In this document: positions 26,807 through 37,054 of the stretch, one piece after another
How positions within the stretch are numbered: position 1 is the first letter of the stretch
How the letters are laid out: every line of letters begins with the position of its first letter
From: Sedimentibacter sp.
Lineage (GTDB): Bacteria; Bacillota; Clostridia; Tissierellales; Sedimentibacteraceae
Assembly (NCBI GenBank): GCA_031997345.1
Contig: DAMAEI010000028.1
Location: 1 to 39,634, forward strand
Length of the DNA stretch: 39,634 nt
Direction of reading: 5' to 3'
Notes under the pieces: model-generated
Told to the model about the DNA's origin: nothing
Databases searched by the model: none
Seen by the model: only the letters and a program-made list of their open reading frames with translations
Position numbers and translations under genes: made by a program

Positions 26807-28497
26807 CAATGTCATTAAGTTAGCCATTATATGACAAATAAAATTAAAGTCAATTGAAAGCTTGAGTACTTTCAATTGACCTTTTTCTTTTTTAAGAATC
26901 AAAAAAGCATATACAATTAATAAATGACTTATATTTTTGTACGCAAATAAGCCAGAGACATTTGTCTGTCTAAAAAATATTTCCACATTACAATAATTTA
27001 TGCTACTCTATATATGAAGCTGACTGCCGATTTGGTTCTGACTTTGCGAGGGTCTTTTCTGCCATTTCGAACAGGTAATATATTCTTTTGAATAAGCGCT
27101 TCTACATTAGGCACCGATACTGCATTCCTACATTTGAAATAGTGCAAACAAATTGATATAGCTATGGTGAAATTTACCTGGTAGCTATATTTTCTGTCTT
27201 TCTTTTGTATAATCACATGCGTTGTGATTATTTCGCAAAAGTTATACATGGTGAGTCGAGCAAATATTTCTTGTATGATGTAGGCCGTCTTTTTCGAATG
27301 AAAATTTGTTAGTCCCATGGCATATTTGAGTTCTCTAAATGATGTTTCAATTCCCCAACGCATGTGATATATTTCTTTAATCCTCTCTACAGGAAATTCT
27401 TTTTCAGAAAGATTTGTAATGATAACTTCGTAGGCATTCTCTGATATAGCAAAACGAACTACTCTAAAGTTTATCGGATAATTTCCTTTATCACCAACCG
27501 GAAGATAGTCAAAATTTTGAACTGACGGCATAAACTTATATTTTTCCGGATATGCCTTTATCTCATTCGTCTGACGTCTTGTCAATATCCAGAAGCACTT
27601 GAGTTTCTTTTTCGCAGATTTACATCATCTTCAGTCAATCATAATTTTTATGACGGCTATCGAATGTTAGCTGTTGATGGTTCAGATTTAAGTATTGCAC
27701 ACAATCCGAAAGATACAGAAAATCACTTTTTTGCAACTGAGAATGCGAAAGGATACAACCTTCTACACTTAAATGCCATGTATGATTTATGCAGCAGAGT
27801 ATATGTTGATTCAATTGTTCAGTCAGGTAAGAAGGAAAATGAGTCTAAGGCATTAACTGATATGGTGGATCGTTCTGATATTAAGGAACAAACTATAGTA
27901 CTAGCTGACCGTGGGTATGAAAGTTACAATGTCTTTGAACATATAGCTAAGAAAGGATGGAACTATGTTATACGTGTAAAAGATATAGACAGTAATGGAA
28001 TCGTATCTGGTTTATCTCTTCCCAAGCAGAAAGAATTTGACGCAAAGCACAATATTTTAGAATCTTTTCACGCTGTTGGACAAATGCTGAACTGGTAGCA
28101 GTTTCTTCTTCATACGAAAAGTATTTCATAAGTTCAAGTTTTAAACTACTTCCCCCCATTGAAAGCAAAATACTAATCATTTCTTTGAAATCCAGTTTCC
28201 TTTTCTTAGTAAAACCTTTATCAGGGTTATTGACAAACAACCACGAGTATTCTTGCATTTCAGCTAACACTGTGTCCAATTTTTCCTTTATAAAATCTGC
28301 AAACTCGTTCATTAGCGAACCTCCTTAAAATATATACAACTAAGGGGGCTTCGCCACATTTTTTACCCTATTTGTCAAGCTTTTTTTAAATTTATTAATT
28401 ATTTTTTGCTGAATTACATAAAAAAGAACAGGGTATGCATTTTTAACATACTCTGTTCTTAAATTTTTCATTTTAATGTCTTAACTTAATGACATTG
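26807..28497 (-). mobile_element. IS4-family insertion sequence (1691 bp), transposase disrupted by an internal inversion
   Basis: 16-bp terminal IRs CAATGTCATTAAGTTA (26807-26822) and TAACTTAATGACATTG (28482-28497). Direct repeat CTCATCGC at 26799-26806 and 28498-28505. Confidence 0.9.
26998..28312 (-). pseudogene. IS4-family DDE transposase in three pieces (N-terminus on -, middle on +, C-terminus on -)
   Basis: N-terminus ...SAFVQQREKIL (28312-28058, -). Middle PEALEFLF...LAVDGS...ADRGYES...DAKHNI (27589-28056, +). C-terminus ILTRRQ...YHMRWGIETSFRELK (27588-26998, -) carries the IS4 YREK signature. Confidence 0.88.
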
Positions 28498-28518
28498 CTC
28501 ATCGCCCCCTCTTTTTTT
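28498..28518 (-). terminator. Intrinsic terminator of the DUF1659/DUF2922 operon, split by the IS4 (other half at 26786-26806)
   Basis: Reconstructed empty site is A-run GGGGGC-TCATC-GCCCCC T-run, immediately after the 28521 stop. Confidence 0.7.
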
Positions 28519-28520
28519 AA

Positions 28521-28730
28521 TCAAAACAACTTATTCGTCATAATTGTCACGATTTCTGCAGCGGCTTTTTCTCTCAGCCCGCCTTTTATATCAAAGGCGT
28601 CTGTGGCAATCATATCGTCCATGACTGTACTGACTTGTACTGCCGTCAGATCATCCAAGGGATCATCAAGGTTACAGGAAAAGGTACCGCCTTCGGCACA
28701 TTTGAATGACATTGTCAATTTAGTCGACAT
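28521..28730 (-). CDS. DUF2922 family small protein
   Basis: MSTKLTMSFKCAEG..FSCNLDDPLDDLT..V..VMD.MI pattern with GGAGGTG RBS. Typical partner of DUF1659. Confidence 0.75.
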   Translation of the reverse strand: MSTKLTMSFKCAEGGTFSCNLDDPLDDLTAVQVSTVMDDMIATDAFDIKGGLREKAAAEIVTIMTNKLF

Positions 28731-28771
28731 AGCGTCACCTCCTTGCATTCAGATTTATATTAATATTCATA

Positions 28772-28996
28772 TTATTCCTCTATAAGCGTATATTCTTCTT
28801 GCTTGATTATATCTTTAAGAGAATGCTTCTGGAGAGACGCAACTTTTTTCGCAATGTCAAACAAAGCTTGATCTTCAGCTTCCGACCGTGCTTTATCCAG
28901 AGTCTTGTATTTTGTAATTTGCTTGTTATTATCATCCATACCTGCGTTCAGCACTAATCGAATCTTACTATTTTTGTGCAATTTTATTATTGCCAT
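28772..28996 (-). CDS. DUF1659 family small protein
   Basis: SKIRLVLNAGMDDNNKQITKYKT...LFDIAKKVASLQ pattern with AAGGAGGTG RBS. Confidence 0.75.
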   Translation of the reverse strand: MAIIKLHKNSKIRLVLNAGMDDNNKQITKYKTLDKARSEAEDQALFDIAKKVASLQKHSLKDIIKQEEYTLIEE

Positions 28997-29062
28997 AACC
29001 TCACCTCCTTTCGCTCCATTGTATACATGAGCTTAAAAAAGGTGACAAGCTATGGCAAACCA

Positions 29063-29752
29063 TCAGTAGGTGAATGCATTTACGCCCGTAATTGACAGTG
29101 AAAGCGACTTGAAGAATTCCTTTTGACCGGTCCTTGACATTGGAATTTCCACACCGGATTTCATCGTCAGGGTTTTATAATCATCACTTACCTGCTCGAT
29201 ATTGAAAAAATTGACAATATATCCTTTTTTGCATTTTATAAAATAATTTGTGTCCAGCTCTTTTAATATCATGGACTGAGAATCCGATACCTCCATAGTT
29301 TCTCCGCTGCTAAGATAAAATATCGATTTGTTCTTTTCCTTGTAAATACATTCGATTTCTGAGTGTTGAATAAGGCGGGACATTTTTGAGTTTTTTGCCG
29401 GATAGACACCATAGGGGCAGGTGTGGCATGATTTAACTGCTTCAATAATCTGATTCGAAAGCTCTTTTTGTGTCAAAGGAAACTTCAGTTTGCCGTAAGC
29501 ATAGCGTACAGTCTGACGATCAAAATTTTTATAAATTTTCAATAGATATTGCAGGTAACTCTTTTCACTCATCATAAAAAGTGTGTACTCATCTTTGAGA
29601 AGAAATTCCCTCAGAAATTGCTCCGAGTCGGAAATCCGGTGTATTTCAAAGGGAATATCTTTTTCATTCAGGTACTTGGATAATACGTCTTCTACTTGAT
29701 TTAGCTTTTCATTGTTTCCGTATAAGGCAATTTTATTTTTTATATTAATCAT
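29063..29752 (-). CDS. LytTR-domain regulator with degenerate receiver domain
   Basis: C-terminal IECIYKEKNKSIFYL...YFIKCKKGYIVNFFNI...LTMKSGVEIPMSR LytTR pattern. Start probably at or near 29752 (GGAGGA). Confidence 0.7.
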   Translation of the reverse strand: MINIKNKIALYGNNEKLNQVEDVLSKYLNEKDIPFEIHRISDSEQFLREFLLKDEYTLFMMSEKSYLQYLLKIYKNFDRQTVRYAYGKLKFPLTQKELSNQIIEAVKSCHTCPYGVYPAKNSKMSRLIQHSEIECIYKEKNKSIFYLSSGETMEVSDSQSMILKELDTNYFIKCKKGYIVNFFNIEQVSDDYKTLTMKSGVEIPMSRTGQKEFFKSLSLSITGVNAFTY

Positions 29753-29927
29753 TCCTCCTGTTTCAGTTAATAACATGTTGCATTTGCATACATTTGATAC
29801 GTATATATTTACATTTGTGAAATGTGTATATTTCAACAAAAACTTAAACTGGTATAAAACAAAGATGCAGTTCGTGAAGAAAAACCCCAAAAGTGTGCAC
29901 CCTCATTATGAATATTTATGCATAATT

Positions 29928-30617
29928 CTAATCATCAAGAGTTTTAAGGTCTGCCAGCCTAGAAACTGACATTGAATATACTTTTGCAAACCTTTCAAAA
30001 TATCCTTCTGTCATCAGAGTCATAGATCCGGACTTAAATTCTATAACCCTGCTGTTTTTTTCCGAACGATGGATTTTATGAATATTACGTGTGTTTACAA
30101 TAACCCCGATGCAGCACTTCACAAAATATTTTCTGTTTATTTCATCATTTACCTTTTCTATACCCTTTGAAATAATTTCACTGTCCCCGTTTGTCAGATG
30201 CATTATGGTTTTTTTATTATCTCTCTGGATGTAATCTATTTCTTCATAGGGGATTTTACAAGTTATACCCTGGCGAGTTATGGTATATTCTCCGGAGGAG
30301 TAAAGGCTCGCCAGTTCATGGTTTCTCATAAGCTTCTCATCTATTTCCTCATGAGTGTGTGGAAAACTCATGGTGCCTTTGGCAATATAGGAATCGTGCT
30401 TGCTGCCGTCACCTTTAATTACATAAGCGGTACTGCCGTCTAAGCACGCTACAATAAGCCGGTAATTTTTGTTGAAAAGATAATTTTTCATGAGCTCCTG
30501 CGGACTTGACAAATAGCGAAAGCTAAAGGAAATTTTGTTTTCCTTCAGTGGCTTCTGCAATGCTTCCTCTAAAATTTTACGCTCCTCGGCATTGCCGTAC
30601 AATAATATTTTAAGCAT
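29928..30617 (-). CDS. LytTR-domain regulator with degenerate receiver domain (paralog)
   Basis: KIPYEEIDYIQRDNKKTIMHL...YFVKCCIGVIVNTRNI LytTR pattern. AGGAG RBS. Confidence 0.7.
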   Translation of the reverse strand: MLKILLYGNAEERKILEEALQKPLKENKISFSFRYLSSPQELMKNYLFNKNYRLIVACLDGSTAYVIKGDGSKHDSYIAKGTMSFPHTHEEIDEKLMRNHELASLYSSGEYTITRQGITCKIPYEEIDYIQRDNKKTIMHLTNGDSEIISKGIEKVNDEINRKYFVKCCIGVIVNTRNIHKIHRSEKNSRVIEFKSGSMTLMTEGYFERFAKVYSMSVSRLADLKTLDD

Positions 30618-30701
30618 GAACATAACTCCTGTACTGTATTGTTATCATTGTATTCTGCAGGGTATCAGTTGTTACAGCTTGTTTCAAATTGAGTGCATAA
30701 A

Positions 30702-30983
30702 TTACAGCTGTGTCAGATTAAGAGAAAATAAATCTGATACGGCCGCTTTGATTAAGTTTGTAATTATTGTGGCAACTTCCGCTCTTGAAGCTGTATCCTC
30801 TGGTTTGAACAAATTATCTCCCTTGCCTGAAATGATACCTGCCTGATAGCAGTATTCAACAGCTTCCACTGCCCAGGAGCTTATGCTGTATGCGTCGTTG
30901 AATCTGTTTTTTCTTTGGTGGTTGACGCGTAGCATCAGAGCAGCTTGAGGAATATTTCCATCCAGTTTTTTGTAAAGAGTCAA
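30702..30983 (-). pseudogene. S-layer homology (SLH) domain remnant
   Basis: FNDAYSISSWAVEAVEYCYQAGIISGKGDNLFKPEDTASRAEVATII is one SLH repeat. No credible start or signal peptide. Confidence 0.7.
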
Positions 30984-31207
30984 AACCTAGTTTGCTTTAA
31001 TTTTAGGTCCGAAACGCAGGCTTTCCAGAGTTTTCATCTTTACTTCCTCCGTGTGGTATTGCCAGTTTTCTGACAAATCAATTATCTCTTTCTGCATGTA
31101 GGGTGTTTTATATTCATTAAAGAACGGCTCAATTGTTTTTATTACTGCCAACCCTGATTTTGCCTTGCAGGGATATGACGTAAGAGCACTGCACTGATTT
31201 CATCTAC

Positions 31208-32101
31208 CTATCTTTCTCTTTTTTGTGTCTTTTTAATTATATAATCCTTCAAAACCTTAAGAGCTTCTTTATTGCGTCTTGGCTTCCAGCCGGGGAAAGC
31301 CTTCATCAGACGCTTAGAGCCGAAAATGTTTGTTTCGAGGAGTTCTCTGTTGAGTGAATTCTTCACATCATCCAAAGCTTCTCTACGTTTTTGTATAATA
31401 TCGGATATATCGGACTCCATCTCACGTTTCGTCTGTTCGATTTTTTCCTCCAGCTTCTCTTTTTCCTGATATATCTTATACTCAATTGATTCCTTCTTAG
31501 CAGCTATGCTTATAGTGCCTGCGGCCAGGCTCTCCCCCAGCTCATCAGATGATTTCTTAATCATGGCTGACAGCTCTTCTATACGCTCCATCTTTTTATT
31601 CAGCTTGAAAATTGTTTTGACTGTTGCAATAATATCGATTACAAAGACAACTGTGAAAACAGTCAAAATAATCACTGCCGGCATATCCGGAATAAAATTT
31701 ACAAGTCCGGATACCATGGGATGAATCCTGTCTACAACTATAAGACATGCTAATCCCCACATCAATGAGAAAATGGGGCAAATATATCCTCCTAAATTAA
31801 ACGGCCTGTCCGAATAATCCCACCACTTATGCTTAAATATTTTCTCCAATATAAAACCTGTAAAAAACTCAATTGCGCTTGTTACAAAGACTGATCCAAG
31901 AAACAATAAAAATGGGTTTTCATGAATAGGTGTCAATAAGTTTACAACCGCAATAACCCCAAACCCATAAATCGGACAATAGGGACCGTTTAAAAATCCT
32001 CTGTTTATAAATTTACCTTCATTCAAGGCCGCATATACAACCTCTGTACACCACCCTAAAAAAGCGTATATAAAAAAGTATAAATATATTTTAATGAACA
32101 T
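31208..32101 (-). CDS. DUF1113/CmpB-like membrane protein (putative ABC transporter permease)
   Basis: YAFLGWCTE, NRGFLNGPYCPIYGFG and WWDYSDRPFNLGGYIC motifs; C-terminal coiled coil. Confidence 0.85.
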   Translation of the reverse strand: MFIKIYLYFFIYAFLGWCTEVVYAALNEGKFINRGFLNGPYCPIYGFGVIAVVNLLTPIHENPFLLFLGSVFVTSAIEFFTGFILEKIFKHKWWDYSDRPFNLGGYICPIFSLMWGLACLIVVDRIHPMVSGLVNFIPDMPAVIILTVFTVVFVIDIIATVKTIFKLNKKMERIEELSAMIKKSSDELGESLAAGTISIAAKKESIEYKIYQEKEKLEEKIEQTKREMESDISDIIQKRREALDDVKNSLNRELLETNIFGSKRLMKAFPGWKPRRNKEALKVLKDYIIKKTQKRER

Positions 32102-32315
32102 TTTTACTCCTCTTAAAAAACTCTGTATTTATCCACCCTTTATAATTAATTAAACCCATTATATTTTGTGCTAACTATATATTAATGGATAAAAATATGC
32201 AAACTTATAATATTAGTATATACCATCCGAACTTAAATTTCTACCAAGACCTGCATTTACCAAGATTGATACTTGATAAATCAACTGTGCTTTATGATAA
32301 GTTGTCAAATTAGTA

Positions 32316-32344
32316 TTGACTATTATGGTAAATAGAGGTAAAAT
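32316..32344 (+). promoter_or_regulatory. Sigma-A promoter
   Basis: TTGACT-17 bp-TAAAAT upstream of the methyltransferase gene. Confidence 0.6.
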
Positions 32345-32373
32345 TTTAAAAATCTTATAGGAGGGGGATAACT

Positions 32374-33177
32374 ATGGAGGACTGTATACGTATTGTTCAG
32401 GAGCATTATGACAGTGATGTGCAATATGAGTGGGACAGACTTGAAAGGCACCCTTTTGAATTTACAATTACTACGAAAATGATGGATAGGTATATTAAAC
32501 CCGGTGACAGAATCCTGGATATAGGCGGAGGTCCGGGACGTTACTCAATTTATTATGCTCAAAAGGGTTGCGATGTCACTCTTGTTGATTTATCTGAAGA
32601 AAATGTAAAATTTGCACTCGAAAAATCCAAAGAATTAAGCGTAAATATTAAAGCTATTTCAGGTGATGCAAGGCAAGTAAGCAAATTTATAAAGGGAGAA
32701 TTTGACCATATATTTGTTATGGGACCTATGTATCATCTGCTTGAAGAAAAAGATAGAATTAAAGCTTTAAACGAAGCCATATCTTTACTTAAAGACAGAG
32801 GACTGATATATGTTTCCTTTATCCTTGTGTTTGCCGGCATGATTTTTGGTATGAAGCTTTCCCCTGAAATGCTGATTATGGAAAGCGAGCAAATTTTTAT
32901 TGATTCTGTTTTAAAGGGAAAATCCTATGCCGGAGATGCATTTACAAAAGCATTTTTCATTGACCAAAAAAGCATCATCCCATTCATGGATAAGTTTCAT
33001 CTTGAAAAGAAACATCTTTTCGGTCAGGAAGGCATTCTTGCTCCATGCGAACTAAATATACTCAATCAACCTCGGGAAGTAATAGATAAATGGTTGGAGA
33101 TTGCTGAGCAATTATGTGAACGAGATGAATTGCTGAGTTATTCCGAGCATGTTATGTATATAGGCCAGAAGCTTTAA
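32374..33177 (+). CDS. Class I SAM-dependent methyltransferase
   Basis: ILDIGGGPGRYS, VDLS, GDAR and MGPMYHL motifs; strong RBS. Confidence 0.88.
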   Translation: MEDCIRIVQEHYDSDVQYEWDRLERHPFEFTITTKMMDRYIKPGDRILDIGGGPGRYSIYYAQKGCDVTLVDLSEENVKFALEKSKELSVNIKAISGDARQVSKFIKGEFDHIFVMGPMYHLLEEKDRIKALNEAISLLKDRGLIYVSFILVFAGMIFGMKLSPEMLIMESEQIFIDSVLKGKSYAGDAFTKAFFIDQKSIIPFMDKFHLEKKHLFGQEGILAPCELNILNQPREVIDKWLEIAEQLCERDELLSYSEHVMYIGQKL

Positions 33178-33201
33178 TATTAAACACTATAGGGGGATTA
33201 T

Positions 33202-33762
33202 ATGAAATTAATTATTATCTTTGGACCACATGCAGTCGGTAAAATGACGGTGGGTCAGGAGCTTTCAAAAATTACTGATTTAAAATTATTTCATAATCAT
33301 ATGACAATCGACATGGCAAATGATTTGTTTGAAAACTTACCCAAAGAGAGAAGCAGATTGATTAACCTATTCAGAAAAGAAATATTTGAAGCATTTTCAA
33401 ACAGTGAAGAATACGGGATGATTTTCACATATATGTGGGCGTTTGATAGTCAAGATGATTGGAATTATATTAGTTATGTTGAAGAGCTGTTTGCTTCCAA
33501 GGGTGCAGAAGTATATTTTGTTGAACTGGAGGCAGATTATGAACTGCGCATAGAAAGAAATAAAACTGAAAATCGCCTGCTCAATAAGCCTACAAAAAGG
33601 AATCTGGAAAAATCAGAAACCTTATTCAGGAGCTTAGAATCAAAATACCGTCTAAATTCATATGAGGGAGAAATAACAAAAGAAAATTATATCAGGATAA
33701 ATAATACGGAGCTTTCGCCGGAAGAAGCGGCATTGATTATTAAAAGTAAATTTTCTTTATAG
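33202..33762 (+). CDS. P-loop kinase (shikimate-kinase-like, AAA family)
   Basis: GPHAVGKMTVG Walker A and LFHNHMTID. Confidence 0.8.
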   Translation: MKLIIIFGPHAVGKMTVGQELSKITDLKLFHNHMTIDMANDLFENLPKERSRLINLFRKEIFEAFSNSEEYGMIFTYMWAFDSQDDWNYISYVEELFASKGAEVYFVELEADYELRIERNKTENRLLNKPTKRNLEKSETLFRSLESKYRLNSYEGEITKENYIRINNTELSPEEAALIIKSKFSL

Positions 33763-33927
33763 GAAATAAAATAATCCACACTGCGCCTATCCATCTTGTG
33801 GCTTGATTATAATGAAAAATAACATCTTGGAGATTGTGTTCTAACCCGGAGGTATTGCGTAATACATTCTCGTACAAACCTCACAATATTGACAATCAAC
33901 AATTTAGGGAATAGCTTTAGCAGATAT

Positions 33928-33975
33928 AAAAAGAGCTAAGTCTAGGTCTTAATTGACCTAAGCCTTAGCCTTTTT
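33928..33975. terminator. Bidirectional intrinsic terminator between convergent kinase and AraC genes
   Basis: A-run GCTAAG..TAGGTC-TTAATT-GACCTA..CTTAGC T-run. Confidence 0.65.
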
Positions 33976-34000
33976 CCATTTATACATATTTATTTACTAT

Positions 34001-34903
34001 TTAGTTTATAGCTTTAACAGGGCGTGCCTCAATGTACCCTCTGTACCCCATTGGTACAAGCTGAAATCTTGGTGCAGCTTCTGGTGCCCACTGATATCCG
34101 TAAATAGAAGGATCAAACTTTTCAATATGATTCCAAACTTCGTTGATTGCATCCATAAAATCACCATCGTCGAAAGGTTCTCCTTGAAAAACCATTAGCT
34201 TACAAGGAGGCAATTCAATGATTTCATACCCATCAGGTATATCATTTGCGTAGTCTGTCGGAACTTCTACCCCTTGCACATATTGCGATGTTCCTTCTTT
34301 TATAAGATGTTTTGGAAGCCACATTCCAATAGGTTCATACATAGCTTCTTTTACACTTGAAAGTACTGACCAAACGTCACATCCTACCTCTTCACAGTAT
34401 GCAAAATACTCAGTTGCCTTTTTTCCTCGCATTAACAAAACTTTTCGTACAGGACGTTCAATCACCTGTACAAATACTGATTTAGTATTATTTTCACTCA
34501 TCATTTTTTCTCCTTTATGAAATGCTCGGTAGGTATCAAAAACTTTCTGAGGCATAAACAATTTAATTGGCGGTGTATATTGACTATATTTACTTGGCGG
34601 CATCCCAAATTCCTTTGAAAAAGCTCTTGTGAACCCCTCATGCGAATCAAACACAAAATCTATTGCTACATCTATTATCTTTTCATTGCTATCTCTCAGT
34701 ATTAATGCCGCCTTGGTAAGTCTTAATGCACGAATGTACTCAAATGGTGCTTTTCCTATAACTTCTTTAAATAATCTTGCAGCATGCCATGGCGAATATC
34801 CTGCCGCAACAGCTATTTCTTTTAACGTAATCTTCCTTAAGATATTATCATCTATATATTCTTGCATTCGTTGTACCGCCATAATAGTTTCAGCCTCATC
34901 CAT
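34001..34903 (-). CDS. AraC-family regulator with C-terminal effector (GyrI-like) domain
   Basis: N-terminal double HTH (AGYSPWHAARLF, FDSHEGFTRAFSKEFG); AGGAGGTG RBS. Confidence 0.88.
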   Translation of the reverse strand: MDEAETIMAVQRMQEYIDDNILRKITLKEIAVAAGYSPWHAARLFKEVIGKAPFEYIRALRLTKAALILRDSNEKIIDVAIDFVFDSHEGFTRAFSKEFGMPPSKYSQYTPPIKLFMPQKVFDTYRAFHKGEKMMSENNTKSVFVQVIERPVRKVLLMRGKKATEYFAYCEEVGCDVWSVLSSVKEAMYEPIGMWLPKHLIKEGTSQYVQGVEVPTDYANDIPDGYEIIELPPCKLMVFQGEPFDDGDFMDAINEVWNHIEKFDPSIYGYQWAPEAAPRFQLVPMGYRGYIEARPVKAIN

Positions 34904-35123
34904 TTTCTCACCTCCTGATGTCTGAATTATATTCCATAAAGACTTTTATTTCTTGACTTCTATTGCTAATAAGTAGAATACAATATTTCAATAAACTGAT
35001 TATCCGTATCTTGGTTAAAGTCATAAATATTCACATCAATTTTCAGCGTTATGTCGTATCAAATGTTAAATTGTTCCGCAACCTTAGATTATCCTTATTA
35101 TAATCAAAAGCTATAGAATTGTA

Positions 35124-35464
35124 AGTAATATCCACACAAAGACCATTCATATGAGTTGGTCTGAATTCCTTTATCTTACTCATGTCAGGCGTCTTGCCAC
35201 AAAGTCATTATCAGGCATTATTTCCCAAAACTTAGTCTGTGCACTAATAGACCTGTATGCATCCCAGATTTTCACCCTGTACCCTGCAGCCTTAAATATA
35301 TTCTTAGCTTTTATTAAAATTTCTGCAGTGTGTCTGTCTATCCAGCATTCACCTGAATTATATATCCTTTTACCTGTAAAATTATCAGTCGTTGCATATT
35401 TTAGACATATAATAAAGTCATTGTCTACTTCAACTAATTTGACCAAATTTCCTTTATCCATCAT
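35124..35464 (-). pseudogene. D-Ala-D-Ala dipeptidase (M15D, DdpX/VanX-like), frameshifted and truncated
   Basis: LKYATTDNFTG and KIWDAYR motifs. After a frameshift near 35187 it continues PDMSKIKEFRPTHMNGLCVDIT (SxHxxGxAVD-like), then similarity ends. Confidence 0.75.
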
Positions 35465-35557
35465 ACATATCATTCTCCAAATTGAAGTATTTTGCCGAGC
35501 CCAATATATTTAGTAAGCTAAGGGTTCTACATTAATACTAGCATATTATTTTTACTT

Positions 35558-35900
35558 TTAATACCCTATCAATACAGCGATTCCAAGCATAACCATTTGG
35601 GGCAGCAAGCAGCATCAGAAACAATGGGGTAAACCATTTATACCATTTTTCAAGCTTTATTCCACCTAACCCACAGATAATAACGATATCTGCTGTAGGC
35701 CAGAAGATGTTTGATAAACCATCACCAACCTGGAATGCAAGTACTGCTGTTTGGCGGGATACACCGATAATATCAACAAGCTGAGACATGATAGGCATTG
35801 TAGCAACTGCCTGGCCTGAACCTGATGGAATGAAAAAGTTTATCAGAGTTTGAACGATAAGCATCAATTGGGCTGAAATTCCACTTGGTGCATTCTTCAA
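35558..35900 (-). pseudogene. YfcC/DcuC-like transporter, C-terminal fragment
   Basis: INFFIPSGSGQA..TMPIM..VSRQTAVLAFQVGDG motifs. 5' part absent. A frameshift near 35600 hides the expected end QMVMLGIAVLIGY*. Confidence 0.75.
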
Positions 35901-36346
35901 CAGGTTCGACAGAATCGGAAATAGATCAGAGCATTACCTTTTTCAAAACTTCCACTCTGATAAGCAATGGGTCTTGCTATCCTTTTTTAAGTATTTTAAA
36001 GTACTATCACCTAAAAAACAATGTTTTCACTTTGATCCGTTATTATATGATTATTTTTTTCATTTTTCCTCGCCTGTCACACTAATCTTATAGCACGTGA
36101 ATAATTATTTTTAATACGAAAGCCTGACCTTAAAATATAATCCCAATTCCTTATAAAGAGCAGAAAACGCCTTTTCTTCAACAAAATTCATAGTTCATTT
36201 ACTTTATATTATACAGTAATTACAATTTTTTTGCTATAAATTATATTACTACGTATAAAAAGAATGATTCCTTTTATTTGTTATTTTTTAAATATTTGTA
36301 TATCTTTTATTAATAACAATAGTAAATACAAAATTCAAAAACACTC

Positions 36347-36403
36347 TTGACAAACTACCTCTCTCCATGATATAACACCGTTATATAACTGTGTTATATC
36401 ATG
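36347..36403 (+). promoter_or_regulatory. tetR promoter with overlapping palindromic operator
   Basis: TTGACA at 36347 and TATAAC at 36371. 13-bp inverted repeat CATGATATAACAC/GTGTTATATCATG containing two ATAAC-n3-GTTAT units. Confidence 0.7.
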
Positions 36404-36418
36404 TAAAGGAGCGTCATA

Positions 36419-37033
36419 ATGGTTGATGAATCTACGCAAACGCGGATTTTAGATGCGGGTAAGGCTGAGTTTTTGGAAAAGGGATATAAGAATGCATCGC
36501 TGCGCAGCATTGCTCAGAAGGCGGGGGTTACCACGGGAGCCATCTATGGATATTATCCTGACAAGGCTGCCTTGTTTGGTGCGCTTGTTTCGGAACCTGC
36601 CGGTTGCCTGCGGGAGTGGTATTTGTCGGTACAGCGTGAATTTGATGCGTTTCCTGCGGAATATAAGGAAAAGCAGATGCGCGGCTATACAAGCAACGCT
36701 CTGGAGGAATTTATAAACTATGTATACCTCCATTTTGACGCATTTAAGTTAGTGGTATGCCACTCTGCCGGAACCGAATATGAGCACTATATTGACAGCC
36801 TGCTTGAAATCGAAATAGAACACACACGGCGGTTTATAGTTGCCATGCGCAGTCTGGGACACGACATCCCGTTTATTGATGATGATATGCACCACATTCT
36901 TTCAGGAGCTTTCTATTACGGCATATTTGAAACTGTGGCGCATGATATGCCAAGGGAGAGAGCACTGGAGTACATCCGGACTTTAAATAAATTTTACAGT
37001 GCCGGCTGGGATACCATTTTAGGGCTGAAATAG
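36419..37033 (+). CDS. TetR/AcrR-family regulator
   Basis: EFLEKGYKNASLRSIAQKAGVTTGAIYGYY HTH; AAGGAG RBS. Confidence 0.92.
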   Translation: MVDESTQTRILDAGKAEFLEKGYKNASLRSIAQKAGVTTGAIYGYYPDKAALFGALVSEPAGCLREWYLSVQREFDAFPAEYKEKQMRGYTSNALEEFINYVYLHFDAFKLVVCHSAGTEYEHYIDSLLEIEIEHTRRFIVAMRSLGHDIPFIDDDMHHILSGAFYYGIFETVAHDMPRERALEYIRTLNKFYSAGWDTILGLK

Positions 37034-37054
37034 TCCTAAATTTTTTAACCATAA

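Noticed and set aside
26693..26986. 97-aa minus-strand ORF
   Set aside because: Crosses the IS4 terminal repeat and target site; spurious.
29753..29890. N-terminal extension of the 275-aa LytTR ORF
   Set aside because: RBS-like GGAGGA and similarity to the paralog place the start near 29752.
35180..35473. vanX vancomycin-resistance gene
   Set aside because: Broken M15D peptidase with no vanHA/RS context.
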